The notes under the pieces: generated by a model
What the model was told of the DNA's origin: nothing
The model's input: the letters and a program-made list of their open reading frames with translations, nothing else
The model's database searches: none
Assembly: GCA_964570825.1 (NCBI GenBank)
Contig: CAZMZJ010000002.1
Span: 17,070-81,069, forward strand
DNA: 64,000 bases
Source: an uncultured Lachnospiraceae bacterium
GTDB lineage: Bacteria > Bacillota > Clostridia > Oscillospirales > CAG-272
Reading direction: 5' to 3'
Translations under genes and position numbers: made by a program
Part shown: positions 1-8,422 of the stretch, piece by piece
Layout: every line of letters begins with the position of its first letter
Position numbering within the stretch: the stretch's first letter is position 1

Positions 1-1
1 G

Positions 2-574
2 GTGGATCAGGAGCTTTTTGATCTTGCCATCGAGTATAAATATGACAGCTCCGCTCCGTCGGGAACAGTCATAGCTCAGTATCCGCAGGCCGGCGCCCGC
101 CGGATGATAAAAAAAGGAGAACGTCTCTGCAGGCTGACGCTTACCCTCAGCCGCGGAGCCGAAACTGTTATCCTTCCGGATTGCACCGGAATCAGCGCAA
201 ATCAGGCTGAACTCGAACTCAAATCTCTCGGCTTTTCAGTAGCAGTCGAAAAAAAGTACAGCAGCACAACAAAAGCCGGAACCGTAATCTCCACATCCCC
301 CACGGCCTATTCCGATGTTCCCTCAGGCAGCACAGTCACTATATATGTCAGTCTCGGGCCGGAACACAGCATGGTCGTCGTTCCGGCTCTGACCGGACTC
401 GGCGAAACTGCCGCGATAACAAAAATACTATCGCTCGGGCTTCTTGTCGGCCGGACCGAGTATGTCAGATCCTCAAAGCCGGCCGGCACAGTTATCGCGC
501 AGAGCGCGCCATTCGGAAGCACTGTCAGCGAAGGCACAAAAATATACCTGACCGTCAGCCTCGGCGGCGGATAG
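2..574 (+). CDS. prkC: C-terminal part of a PASTA-repeat Ser/Thr protein kinase (PrkC-like); 5' end lies outside the window
   Basis: Three tandem PASTA-like repeats (pattern GTVI.Q.P..G..v..G..i.L.vS.G). Immediately followed by rsgA, as in Firmicute prkC-rsgA operons. Confidence 0.7.
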   Translation: MDQELFDLAIEYKYDSSAPSGTVIAQYPQAGARRMIKKGERLCRLTLTLSRGAETVILPDCTGISANQAELELKSLGFSVAVEKKYSSTTKAGTVISTSPTAYSDVPSGSTVTIYVSLGPEHSMVVVPALTGLGETAAITKILSLGLLVGRTEYVRSSKPAGTVIAQSAPFGSTVSEGTKIYLTVSLGGG

Positions 575-688
575 GATACCGCAAGGCTAAGGGGGGCTTT
601 TGGCAGCTTTTTTGAATCCATAGGCCTCCCTTAACTATCGGATAATCGGATTTTGAATGAATTCTAAAGCAACACGGAGCAAAAAACA

Positions 689-1642
689 ATGACAGAATAT
701 ACCGGAAAAATAATCGGCAGCGTCGGCGGGCTTTACACTGTCGTCACCGACATGTCCACCCCCGCGGGGCGGCAGATAAAATGCCGCGCGAGGGGTGTTT
801 TCCGTCATAATAACGAGAAGCCTCTTGTCGGCGACCATGTTGCGGTCGGGTTCGAGTGCGAAGGGGACGCCGGCAACCAATACGAAGGCGCAGTGATAAA
901 AAAAATCCTTGAGCGCCGCAATTCTCTGATCCGCCCGCCTGTCGCCAACCTTGACTACATATATGTCACTCTGGCTTCAGCGTCGCCCGAGCCTGACACC
1001 GAAACGGTCGACCGGCTTGTTTCTATCGCCGAGTTCAACCGCATCACTCCGGTGATTGTAATAGGCAAAAGCGAGCTGAACCCCTTGCGCTCCGCTGAAA
1101 TTGAACACATCTACCGCCTTGCAGGGTATGATGTTTTCAAAATAAGCTGCCATACCGGCGAGGGAATCGGGAAAATTAAAAATTTTATTGAGGAAACATT
1201 GCCGGGACACACCGCGGCCTTCGCCGGCGCATCCGGCGTAGGAAAGTCTTCTCTTCTCAACCTTCTTTTCCCCGATCTTAGACTTATGACCTCGGACGTC
1301 AGCCGCAAAACCGAACGCGGACGCCACACCACACGCTGCGTGACGCTCTATCCCGTGCTAACTGAGACCGGCACACCCGGTTATCTGGCAGACACGCCAG
1401 GGTTTTCGCTGCTTGATTTCGAGCATTTCGACTTTTTTACAATTGAAGATCTGCCCGGCACTTTCCGCGAATTTTCAGACTATATAGGTCATTGCCGCTA
1501 TACGAAGTGCGGACACACAAAAGAGGAGGGCTGTGCCGTTATTCAGGCAGTGCGGGAAGGAAAAATCGCAGCCAGCCGGCATCAAAGCTACATCAACCTT
1601 TTCAATATACTGAAGACAAAGCATACATGGGACAGCAGGTGA
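689..1642 (+). CDS. rsgA: Ribosome small-subunit-dependent GTPase A
   Basis: P-loop GASGVGKSSLLN, DTPGF motif, C-terminal zinc knuckle CRYTKCGHTKEEGC. Synteny after prkC. Confidence 0.9.
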   Translation: MTEYTGKIIGSVGGLYTVVTDMSTPAGRQIKCRARGVFRHNNEKPLVGDHVAVGFECEGDAGNQYEGAVIKKILERRNSLIRPPVANLDYIYVTLASASPEPDTETVDRLVSIAEFNRITPVIVIGKSELNPLRSAEIEHIYRLAGYDVFKISCHTGEGIGKIKNFIEETLPGHTAAFAGASGVGKSSLLNLLFPDLRLMTSDVSRKTERGRHTTRCVTLYPVLTETGTPGYLADTPGFSLLDFEHFDFFTIEDLPGTFREFSDYIGHCRYTKCGHTKEEGCAVIQAVREGKIAASRHQSYINLFNILKTKHTWDSR

Positions 1643-1661
1643 CGAAAGGAACCGGATTCAT

Positions 1662-2294
1662 ATGAAAGCTTTCATTTATCTCGGAGGATGCGTCGATCCC
1701 CGCAACATAACCGAACACCCGAAGCCCGGCGACCTTGCCATTGCCGCCGACTCCGGCTTCCATAACGCGCTTCATCTGGGGGATCGCGTCGACATACTTG
1801 TGGGCGACATGGACTCTATCGGCGATTATGAGCATGAAGCTTTGAAAAACACCGAAATACTTAATTTCCCGCCGGAAAAAGACCTTACCGACGCGCAGCT
1901 TGCAGTCGAAGCCGCCATAATAAGGGGAGCCGACGACATTGTGATAGTCGGGGGACTTGACGGGCGGCTCGACCATACCCTCTCCGTTCTCGGAATCCTT
2001 GAAGACCTTTATGCCCGCGGAGTACATGCAATTGCGCTTAACGGCATGAACCGCGTCCGTTATATAAAAAGCACAAGCGTACTTATCCCGCGCAGCGGCT
2101 ATGAATACATTTCGCTCATCGCCGCGGATAACTCGGTCAAGGGCGTTACGATAGAAGGCTGCAAATATCCGCTGAAAAATGCCCACCTGACGCGGCGGCT
2201 TCAATATGCCGTGTCAAATGAAATCGACGGCAACTGTGCTCTTGTTTCGGTCCGCCGCGGCGGAATTTTCGTAATTGAAAGCAAGGACAAATAA
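1662..2294 (+). CDS. thiN: Thiamine diphosphokinase
   Basis: About 210 aa with GDMDS and DGRLDHTL motifs typical of TPK. Sits downstream of rsgA as in Bacillus (rpe is absent here). Confidence 0.8.
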   Translation: MKAFIYLGGCVDPRNITEHPKPGDLAIAADSGFHNALHLGDRVDILVGDMDSIGDYEHEALKNTEILNFPPEKDLTDAQLAVEAAIIRGADDIVIVGGLDGRLDHTLSVLGILEDLYARGVHAIALNGMNRVRYIKSTSVLIPRSGYEYISLIAADNSVKGVTIEGCKYPLKNAHLTRRLQYAVSNEIDGNCALVSVRRGGIFVIESKDK

Positions 2295-2492
2295 TGCGCC
2301 GCATCATCACTATTTTTTGAATATTGCTTTACAATTTATAATCATCATAAGAACCGGACGCATATACTTACACCAGAGATTGTGGGCCGTGCGGCAAAAG
2401 CATCGGGAAATCACAGGCAGCAGGTTCGGTTTATTTTACATACCCACTCCGCGGCGCCGGGCCTGAATTTGCAGAAAGGGCATGGTGAAATT

Positions 2493-2579
2493 ATGAAAAT
2501 TGTGGTATTCCGCTCACCTGCGTTTTTAGCGCCGTTCCTGCGGAGATTCTTCGGAATCAGGAAAAATAAAAAGAAATGA
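2493..2579 (+). CDS. spoVM: Stage V sporulation protein M-like 28-aa peptide
   Basis: Internal ATG of track ORF 2382..2579, with GGTGA 4 nt upstream. Peptide MKIVVFRSPAFLAPFLRRFFGIRKNKKK aligns with B. subtilis SpoVM (MKFYTIKLPKFLGGIVRAMLGSFRKD, recalled) at M1 K2 P9 F11 L12 R17 G21. Same position after thiN as in B. subtilis. A GC hairpin plus T8 terminator follows directly. Confidence 0.7.
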   Translation: MKIVVFRSPAFLAPFLRRFFGIRKNKKK

Positions 2580-2583
2580 AAAA

Positions 2584-2616
2584 CCGGGGGCCGCGGCTCC
2601 CGGCCCGTTTTTTTTG
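2584..2616 (+). terminator. Terminator after spoVM
   Basis: GGGCCG - 7 nt - CGGCCC, followed by GTTTTTTTT. Confidence 0.75.
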
Positions 2617-2623
2617 CTGGCGG

Positions 2624-2652
2624 TTGATTTAAGGGCGGCATCATGTTATAAT
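2624..2652 (+). promoter_or_regulatory. Promoter for ygiQ
   Basis: TTGATT - 17 nt - TATAAT with TGT (extended -10) directly upstream. Confidence 0.5.
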
Positions 2653-2699
2653 ACTAAGAAGAACCGCACACTTTCGCGGTTCATACTAAGGAGTGCTCA

Positions 2700-4769
2700 A
2701 TGAACGATAATAAAAAATTTCTGCCGGTAAGCCGGTCGGAAATGGACGAGCTCGGCTGGCCGGCACCCGATTTCGTATATGTCTCCGGCGACGCATATGT
2801 CGACCATCCTTCCTTCGGTGCCGCGATAATATCGCGGGTTCTTGAGGCTGCAGGATACCGCGTGGCTATCCTTGCTCAGCCTGATTTCCGCAGCGCGGAC
2901 GCCTTCCGTGAATTCGGCCGCCCGACGCTTGGTTTTCTTGTTTCAGCCGGAAATATCGACTCAATGGTGGCTCACTACACAGTCGCCAAAAACCGCCGCG
3001 AATACGATTATTACTCGCCCGGCGGCAAAACCGGCCTGCGCCCGGACCGCGCAACGATAGTGTATACAAACCGTATAAGAGAAGCTTACGGCGATGTGCC
3101 GGTCATCCTCGGAGGACTTGAGGCTTCCCTGCGCCGCTTTTCGCATTATGACTACTGGGACAACAGAATCCGCCGCTCGGTTCTGCTCGATTCCGGCGCC
3201 GATATACTGACATACGGAATGGGCGAAAATATTATACTCCGCATTGCCGAGCTGCTTGCAAAAGGCGTTCCGGTAAAAAAAATACGCGATGTCCGCGGCA
3301 CTGTGTGGGTCGGAAAGGCCGGCGATAAAGTGAGTTTCCCGGTCGCCGCCGAATTTGATTTCGACGAGCTTGCTTCGGACAAGCAGAAATTCGCCCAGGC
3401 ATTCGGCATACAGTATAAAAACCAGGATTCGGTGAACGGTCAGGCCATAATAGAGCATTACGGCGGCACGCTGCTCGTTCAGAACCCGCCGATGCCGCCT
3501 CTTGAGCGGGAAGAACTCGACCGTGTTTATTCCCTGCCGTTTGTGCGCGATTACCATCCTATGTATAAAAAATTCGGAGGTGTCCCGGCGATTGAAGAGG
3601 TCAAATTTTCCATCACCCACAACCGCGGCTGCTTCGGTGCCTGTAACTTCTGCGCGCTCTCCTTCCATCAGGGGCGGTCGGTACGCTCGAGAAGTATAGA
3701 GAGCGTGGTCGAGGAAGCAAAAAAAATCACCGAACTTGAAGATTTCAAGGGATATATCCATGATATCGGAGGCCCGACAGCAAATTTCCGTTATCCGTCG
3801 TGCGACAAACAGCTGAAGGACGGTGTCTGCCCCGGGCGCAAATGCTTAGCTCCGTCTCCATGCCCTCATCTTAAGGTTGACCACTCGGAATATATGAAGC
3901 TTATCGAGGAGGTCGAAGCTCTTCCGAAAGTAAAAAAAGTCTTTATACGCTCGGGTATCCGCTTTGATTATCTGATGCTTGATAAAGACGACTCTTTTTT
4001 CCGCAGGCTTGTGAAAAACAACGTCAGCGGACAGCTCAAGGTTGCGCCCGAGCACTGCTCACCCGGCGTTCTTAGCTGCATGGGCAAACCCAGCTTCTCT
4101 GTTTACAGCAAATTCCGCGACAAGTATTTCGAGCTTTGCGGCGAGTGCGGAAAAGAGCAGTATCTTGTTCCCTATCTTATGTCAAGCCACCCCGGCTCGA
4201 CGCTCAAGGACGCTATCGAACTGGCACTTCAGTTAAAGCGGGATCATGTAAATCCCGAGCAGGTACAGGACTTCTACCCCACCCCCGGAACCGCATCAAC
4301 AGTGATGTACTACACCGGAATAGACCCGATGACAGGAAAATCGGTTTATATTCCGGATGAAAACGAAAAACGCCTGCAGCGCGCCCTGCTCCAGCCGATG
4401 CGGCCCCAGAACGCAAATCTTGTGCGCGCGGCGCTCCGCAAAGCCGGACGCGAGGATCTGATAGGTTACGGGAAAGAGTGCCTTATACGTCCGGCGCCGG
4501 GTGATAAAATGCCGGTGCGAAAAGGCAGCGGCAGAAACGCCGGAAACGACGATGCGCCCGCCAAAGGCGGCCGTCCGCCTCAAGGACAAGGATACGGAAA
4601 CGTAAAGAAAACAAACAGGTATGAACCCAAAGGAAGCCATGAAGACAGAAAACCGCACGGCAGCGGCAGATCAAAGCCAGACCCTCGTCAGAAATCTGTC
4701 AAATCTGCAAAAAAGCCGCCGGCACATCTTCAGCAGCGCGCAGGTTCTCAGAATCGAAAGAAAAAATAG
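2700..4769 (+). CDS. ygiQ: YgiQ-family radical SAM protein (UPF0313)
   Basis: Radical-SAM cluster motif CFGACNFC, long YgiQ-type N- and C-terminal domains, basic low-complexity tail. AAGGAG RBS. Confidence 0.85.
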   Translation: MNDNKKFLPVSRSEMDELGWPAPDFVYVSGDAYVDHPSFGAAIISRVLEAAGYRVAILAQPDFRSADAFREFGRPTLGFLVSAGNIDSMVAHYTVAKNRREYDYYSPGGKTGLRPDRATIVYTNRIREAYGDVPVILGGLEASLRRFSHYDYWDNRIRRSVLLDSGADILTYGMGENIILRIAELLAKGVPVKKIRDVRGTVWVGKAGDKVSFPVAAEFDFDELASDKQKFAQAFGIQYKNQDSVNGQAIIEHYGGTLLVQNPPMPPLEREELDRVYSLPFVRDYHPMYKKFGGVPAIEEVKFSITHNRGCFGACNFCALSFHQGRSVRSRSIESVVEEAKKITELEDFKGYIHDIGGPTANFRYPSCDKQLKDGVCPGRKCLAPSPCPHLKVDHSEYMKLIEEVEALPKVKKVFIRSGIRFDYLMLDKDDSFFRRLVKNNVSGQLKVAPEHCSPGVLSCMGKPSFSVYSKFRDKYFELCGECGKEQYLVPYLMSSHPGSTLKDAIELALQLKRDHVNPEQVQDFYPTPGTASTVMYYTGIDPMTGKSVYIPDENEKRLQRALLQPMRPQNANLVRAALRKAGREDLIGYGKECLIRPAPGDKMPVRKGSGRNAGNDDAPAKGGRPPQGQGYGNVKKTNRYEPKGSHEDRKPHGSGRSKPDPRQKSVKSAKKPPAHLQQRAGSQNRKKK

Positions 4770-4800
4770 GAGATGCCGCATTTCTGCGGCATCTCTTTTT
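4770..4800 (+). terminator. ygiQ terminator
   Basis: GAGATGCCGCA - TTTC - TGCGGCATCTC, followed by TTTTT. Confidence 0.8.
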
Positions 4801-4920
4801 GACCGGGTTAAATTACTTCTAAAGTTGAAAAATTCAATCTACCGGTAATATTTTATTATTCGGATTCCTGAGGCGGGACTGCCGTTGTTATTTTTATTAT
4901 CAACAAATCAGCCTGTCAGA

Positions 4921-6588
4921 TTAAACTTTTCGTTTTTTGCCTATTACAACAGCACCGCCAAGAATTGCGACAATGGCTACGCCGGATACGAATACAGATC
5001 CGCAGCCGCCTTTCTTGGCCGTTGTCGTGTCGGAAGTAGTAACGGCGGCAGTGGTGTCAGCCGGCTTTGACGAAGTTTCGACCGGAACGGTTGTTTCAAT
5101 CGGCTTTGACGTCGTTACCTTCGCGGTAGTTGTGGTTTCAACCGGCTTTGATGTGGTGGTTTCTGCCGTTGTTTCAGCGTCAAGAACGTCGGCAGCCTCG
5201 CGCTGTGCACGCAGAGTCAGGTCTATTGTGGGATAAGGATCGGTTCCTATCTTTTGCGAGAATACAGGTGTCTCCGCAGCGGCGTTGAGTTTTTCAAGGA
5301 TTGTGCCGTTCTGGAGCTCTGTGAGAGTGCAGTAGGTAAACTTGCCGGTGCTTATGGCGTCAGCAATCGGAATGCGCTGAGCTGCATTGGAGTCAGAAGT
5401 AGCGTATGTATACCATTCGATTGTGTTGTTGTCGTAAATATAGTTGTTTGTATGCTGCTCGTCGGCAGTTTTTGCGGATGAGCAACCGTGGATGCAGCGG
5501 AAAGGAGCCACATAATTATCGCCTGTCAGTGCCCCGAGCTCGCCAACGGCAAGGCAATCTTCAATTTTATTATATACCGAGTTTGTGTAACCTATAAGGA
5601 GTGACGCAAACGCATACTGCGCACTGCCGGCCAGGTTTGTAGCCGGTTGTCCGGCCTTCACATTGGCTATGCTCACACATGAGGTGATCTCGATATACAT
5701 AGTCATACTTGCTGCGCTCGCATAGCAGTACCCAACCAGACCGCCGACCATGTATCCGCCGGAGATGGCGCCGGTATTAACACAGTATTTTAATGTGTAG
5801 GGTACATAGGTGCTGTTGCTTGCGACGCCGATGGTTCCCGCCATACCGCCTGCATGGTAACCGCCATAGATTTCAGCGGTATTTGTGCAGTCAATTATGT
5901 TGCAATTGCAGAGTGTGGCCATGAAAACGGCAAAGCCGACTATACCGCCCGCTCTTCCGGAGTTGCTCGGAGCGGAAATCATGCCGTTGTTCACGCAGTA
6001 CTTCGCCTCAAAGCCGTCGACGCATCCCGCAAGTCCGCCGGCGTGGGTTTCATACTGAGTTCCTTTTGTCGTGTCAGTGACATCGACTGTCTGCACGGTG
6101 ATATTGCCGTTGTTGATGCAGCTTCTGAAAACGCATGTGGCTGCCGCATCGCCCTTGGCAAGAATTCCGCCGGCGTTGAGGCCGGATGTTTTGTCCGAAC
6201 TCAGACCGGTAACAGTGACGTCAACATTGTTTACGACATTGATAGCTGTCATTCCGTCATATGAGAAAATTGCGAAAGGAGCAAGATCCTGATTGCCTTT
6301 GAGCTCAGTCCCGTTGATTGTAAGATTCTTAACCGTCCCGTTGAACTCGGCAAACATCGGAACCGATACGGTGACAGTGTGGCCGTTGCCGTCGAATACT
6401 CCTTTGAACGGGGTAACATATGTAGTATCAATTTTAATGTCTGCGTTCAGGTAATACTTCCCGTCAGCCGCCATTGAGGCGAAGTCTGCCGCTGAGTTAA
6501 TTGCAGTGCCTTGTACAGCCGAGGTTCCGACCGAAAACAATGGAACGATCATCATAAGACAAATTAAAACTGCAGCAATTTTACGCAT
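4921..6588 (-). CDS. Secreted GLUG-motif beta-helix repeat surface protein with Thr-rich stalk and C-terminal GCGS/TM/KKRK anchor
   Basis: Signal peptide MRKIAAVLICLMMIVPLFSVGTSA. Repeated GG[LIM][AV]G (GLUG-like) motifs. TTTSKP.ETT linker. Tail KKGGCGS + 20 hydrophobic residues + KKRKV. Confidence 0.7.
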   Translation of the reverse strand: MRKIAAVLICLMMIVPLFSVGTSAVQGTAINSAADFASMAADGKYYLNADIKIDTTYVTPFKGVFDGNGHTVTVSVPMFAEFNGTVKNLTINGTELKGNQDLAPFAIFSYDGMTAINVVNNVDVTVTGLSSDKTSGLNAGGILAKGDAAATCVFRSCINNGNITVQTVDVTDTTKGTQYETHAGGLAGCVDGFEAKYCVNNGMISAPSNSGRAGGIVGFAVFMATLCNCNIIDCTNTAEIYGGYHAGGMAGTIGVASNSTYVPYTLKYCVNTGAISGGYMVGGLVGYCYASAASMTMYIEITSCVSIANVKAGQPATNLAGSAQYAFASLLIGYTNSVYNKIEDCLAVGELGALTGDNYVAPFRCIHGCSSAKTADEQHTNNYIYDNNTIEWYTYATSDSNAAQRIPIADAISTGKFTYCTLTELQNGTILEKLNAAAETPVFSQKIGTDPYPTIDLTLRAQREAADVLDAETTAETTTSKPVETTTTAKVTTSKPIETTVPVETSSKPADTTAAVTTSDTTTAKKGGCGSVFVSGVAIVAILGGAVVIGKKRKV

Positions 6589-6672
6589 GAATAATGCCTC
6601 CTATAAAATAAAAATATAATTTCCTGCCATAATAAGGACTATCAGGTTATCGGCATGAAATTTACTATTTTA

Positions 6673-6701
6673 ATATTATCATATGCAACTATCTTTGTCA
6701 A
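6673..6701 (-). promoter_or_regulatory. Promoter of the GLUG surface protein gene
   Basis: TTGACA - 17 nt - TAATAT. The spacer contains TAGTTGCATATGATA, shared with the 8007..8035 promoter. Confidence 0.55.
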
Positions 6702-6800
6702 TATATTTTAATTTAATAAACAATTATATTAAATTTTTGTATATTGCGTATAAATATTAAAAACTGTTTTTGTATATTGTGATATTATCCTGATTTATAG

Positions 6801-6834
6801 AAATAAAAAAGACGCCACAGTACTGTGGCGTCTT
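6801..6834 (-). terminator. Terminator of the LamG-like lipoprotein gene
   Basis: GACGCCACAG / CTGTGGCGTC palindrome, followed by TTTTTTATTT on the minus strand. Confidence 0.7.
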
Positions 6835-6843
6835 TCCGATTTT

Positions 6844-7941
6844 TTAGTTGGCTTTGGAAACCTCTGCAAGATAGCCTGCGATGGCGTTCTTGTAAGCTGT
6901 TGTGGTATGGTCGGAGGGCATTTCGCCAAGTCCGGTCCAGATAGCGACATTGTCAAGATATCCGTCGATTGTTGTACCGAGCTTAAGAGCTACGGCATAG
7001 CTTTCTATCATATTCCAGTAAAGAGCTCCGGTTCCTGCCGCGTCGGGTTTGGAAACGCAGATAAACTGAGCGTTTGCCTGGCTGTTGTCACGGATGTAGA
7101 CTGTCGGGCCTTCATTATAATTTGCCTGATACCTTATTGTAAGCCACTTGTCCTTGAGCGCGTATACACTGGCATCATATGCCTGCCCTGTAAGCTTCAT
7201 AAGAACGGTGGATCCTGCGTCGGCATCGTTTGTATCGGCGGCGTAAAAATCACCTGCGACATCATATGTATACCAGCTGCCGATGAAACGGATCTGGTTG
7301 TTTGCGGATCCCGCTATGCGGAGATGGAATGAGTTATAGCTGTTGCAGCCGTCATAGTTTAGAAGTATTACACAGTATCTGTTCTTGTCCCCTGCGTCAG
7401 TGTACTTGACGTCATATTGCAGAGTGTAGTTGCCACGGCAGCATGCTATCATGTATTCATCGGTCAAAATCTTGGTATATGAGTCCTTGCCGGCTATATT
7501 CCCGCCGTCATAGTTGAGAAACCTGAGAGTACCGTTCTCAATGAAATATTTGCCTGTGTTGTCGGTGAGAGCGCCGTCCGCTGTATTTCGGATCTGCCAG
7601 CCGAGAGCTGCCATTGTGGCTTCATTGGTAGTTGTATTTGAGTAACTGTCAAAGTCTTCGAAGTACACCATCACGCCTTCCGGAACCACAGGAATTTCAA
7701 TCTTCGGAGCCGCTGTTGTTTCAGGAGCCGCGGTGGTCACCTTTGCCGTTGTCGCCGCCTTCGTGGTTTCAACCGCTTTTGTCGTAACAGCGGAAGACGC
7801 CGTCGTTACTGCACCCGTAGGAACCGACGTCGTTGTTTTATCCGCTGCTGTTGTTTCACCCGGAACGTTCCCGCCGACACAGGCCGGAAGACAAACAAGC
7901 ACCATAACAAGCGAAAGAATAAAAATTACCAATCTTTTCAT
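6844..7941 (-). CDS. Lipoprotein with Thr/Ala-rich linker and concanavalin/LamG-like domain, function unknown
   Basis: Lipobox LPAC after a hydrophobic N-terminus. About 60-aa T/A-rich linker. FEDFD...YLDNVAIW pattern as in LamG/DUF1080-type lectin folds. Rho-independent terminator downstream. Confidence 0.6.
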   Translation of the reverse strand: MKRLVIFILSLVMVLVCLPACVGGNVPGETTAADKTTTSVPTGAVTTASSAVTTKAVETTKAATTAKVTTAAPETTAAPKIEIPVVPEGVMVYFEDFDSYSNTTTNEATMAALGWQIRNTADGALTDNTGKYFIENGTLRFLNYDGGNIAGKDSYTKILTDEYMIACCRGNYTLQYDVKYTDAGDKNRYCVILLNYDGCNSYNSFHLRIAGSANNQIRFIGSWYTYDVAGDFYAADTNDADAGSTVLMKLTGQAYDASVYALKDKWLTIRYQANYNEGPTVYIRDNSQANAQFICVSKPDAAGTGALYWNMIESYAVALKLGTTIDGYLDNVAIWTGLGEMPSDHTTTAYKNAIAGYLAEVSKAN

Positions 7942-8006
7942 TGAAATGATCCTTTCTTAGCCGTATGCAATGTTTTGAAAACGCTAACAGCATTTTTCTG
8001 AAAATA

Positions 8007-8035
8007 ATTATATCATATGCAACTAATCTTGTCAA
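8007..8035 (-). promoter_or_regulatory. Promoter of the LamG-like lipoprotein gene
   Basis: TTGACA - 17 nt - TATAAT. The spacer contains TAGTTGCATATGATA. Confidence 0.55.
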
Positions 8036-8422
8036 CAAATTTTAAAACAAATACTTGAGTTTTATATCAATTGATCATTTTTCAGAACATTTTTTGTACA
8101 CTATGTTTCATTTATAAAAATATCATAATTATCTATATGCTACATATTAAATATTATTTAGTAGCCGAGTATTATATTTACAATGTTATGCCGTTATATA
8201 ATTACCGTTGCTTTTCGTTTGCCCGGATGTTTTTCACGCTGTTTTATGTTTGATACTATTGTACCGTTTTCCGCGTCACAATGTTTAGTTTTATTCTTAC
8301 ATGGCGGCAGCGGCGCAAGCGGCGCTCATATAAGTTCTGTTCCATGTCACAAAAGCCTATTTACATGTCGTTGGGTTTAATATATAATTTATATATAAAT
8401 ATTTTTTAAGAGGTAACCGAAC

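Noticed and set aside
2961-3761. Long antisense ORFs inside well-supported genes: 2961..3761, 8900..9487, 9509..10180, 10193..10873, 11463..12266, 38750..39739, 44914..45522, 54070..54882.
   Set aside because: Each lies fully within a gene with clear family motifs on the opposite strand. Their products are low-complexity and Arg/Ala/Gly-rich, typical of shadow ORFs in GC-biased coding sequence. None has an RBS or promoter.
8071-8380. ORFs 8071..8253 and 8183..8380, and a small GC-rich island (GCGGCAGCGGCGCAAGCGGCGC, about 8306..8327), in the AT-rich spacer upstream of GH2.
   Set aside because: The ORFs are AT-rich, low-complexity, and lack an RBS. The GC island forms direct repeats rather than inverted ones, and I could not derive a stable structure or motif. 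It is left unannotated.
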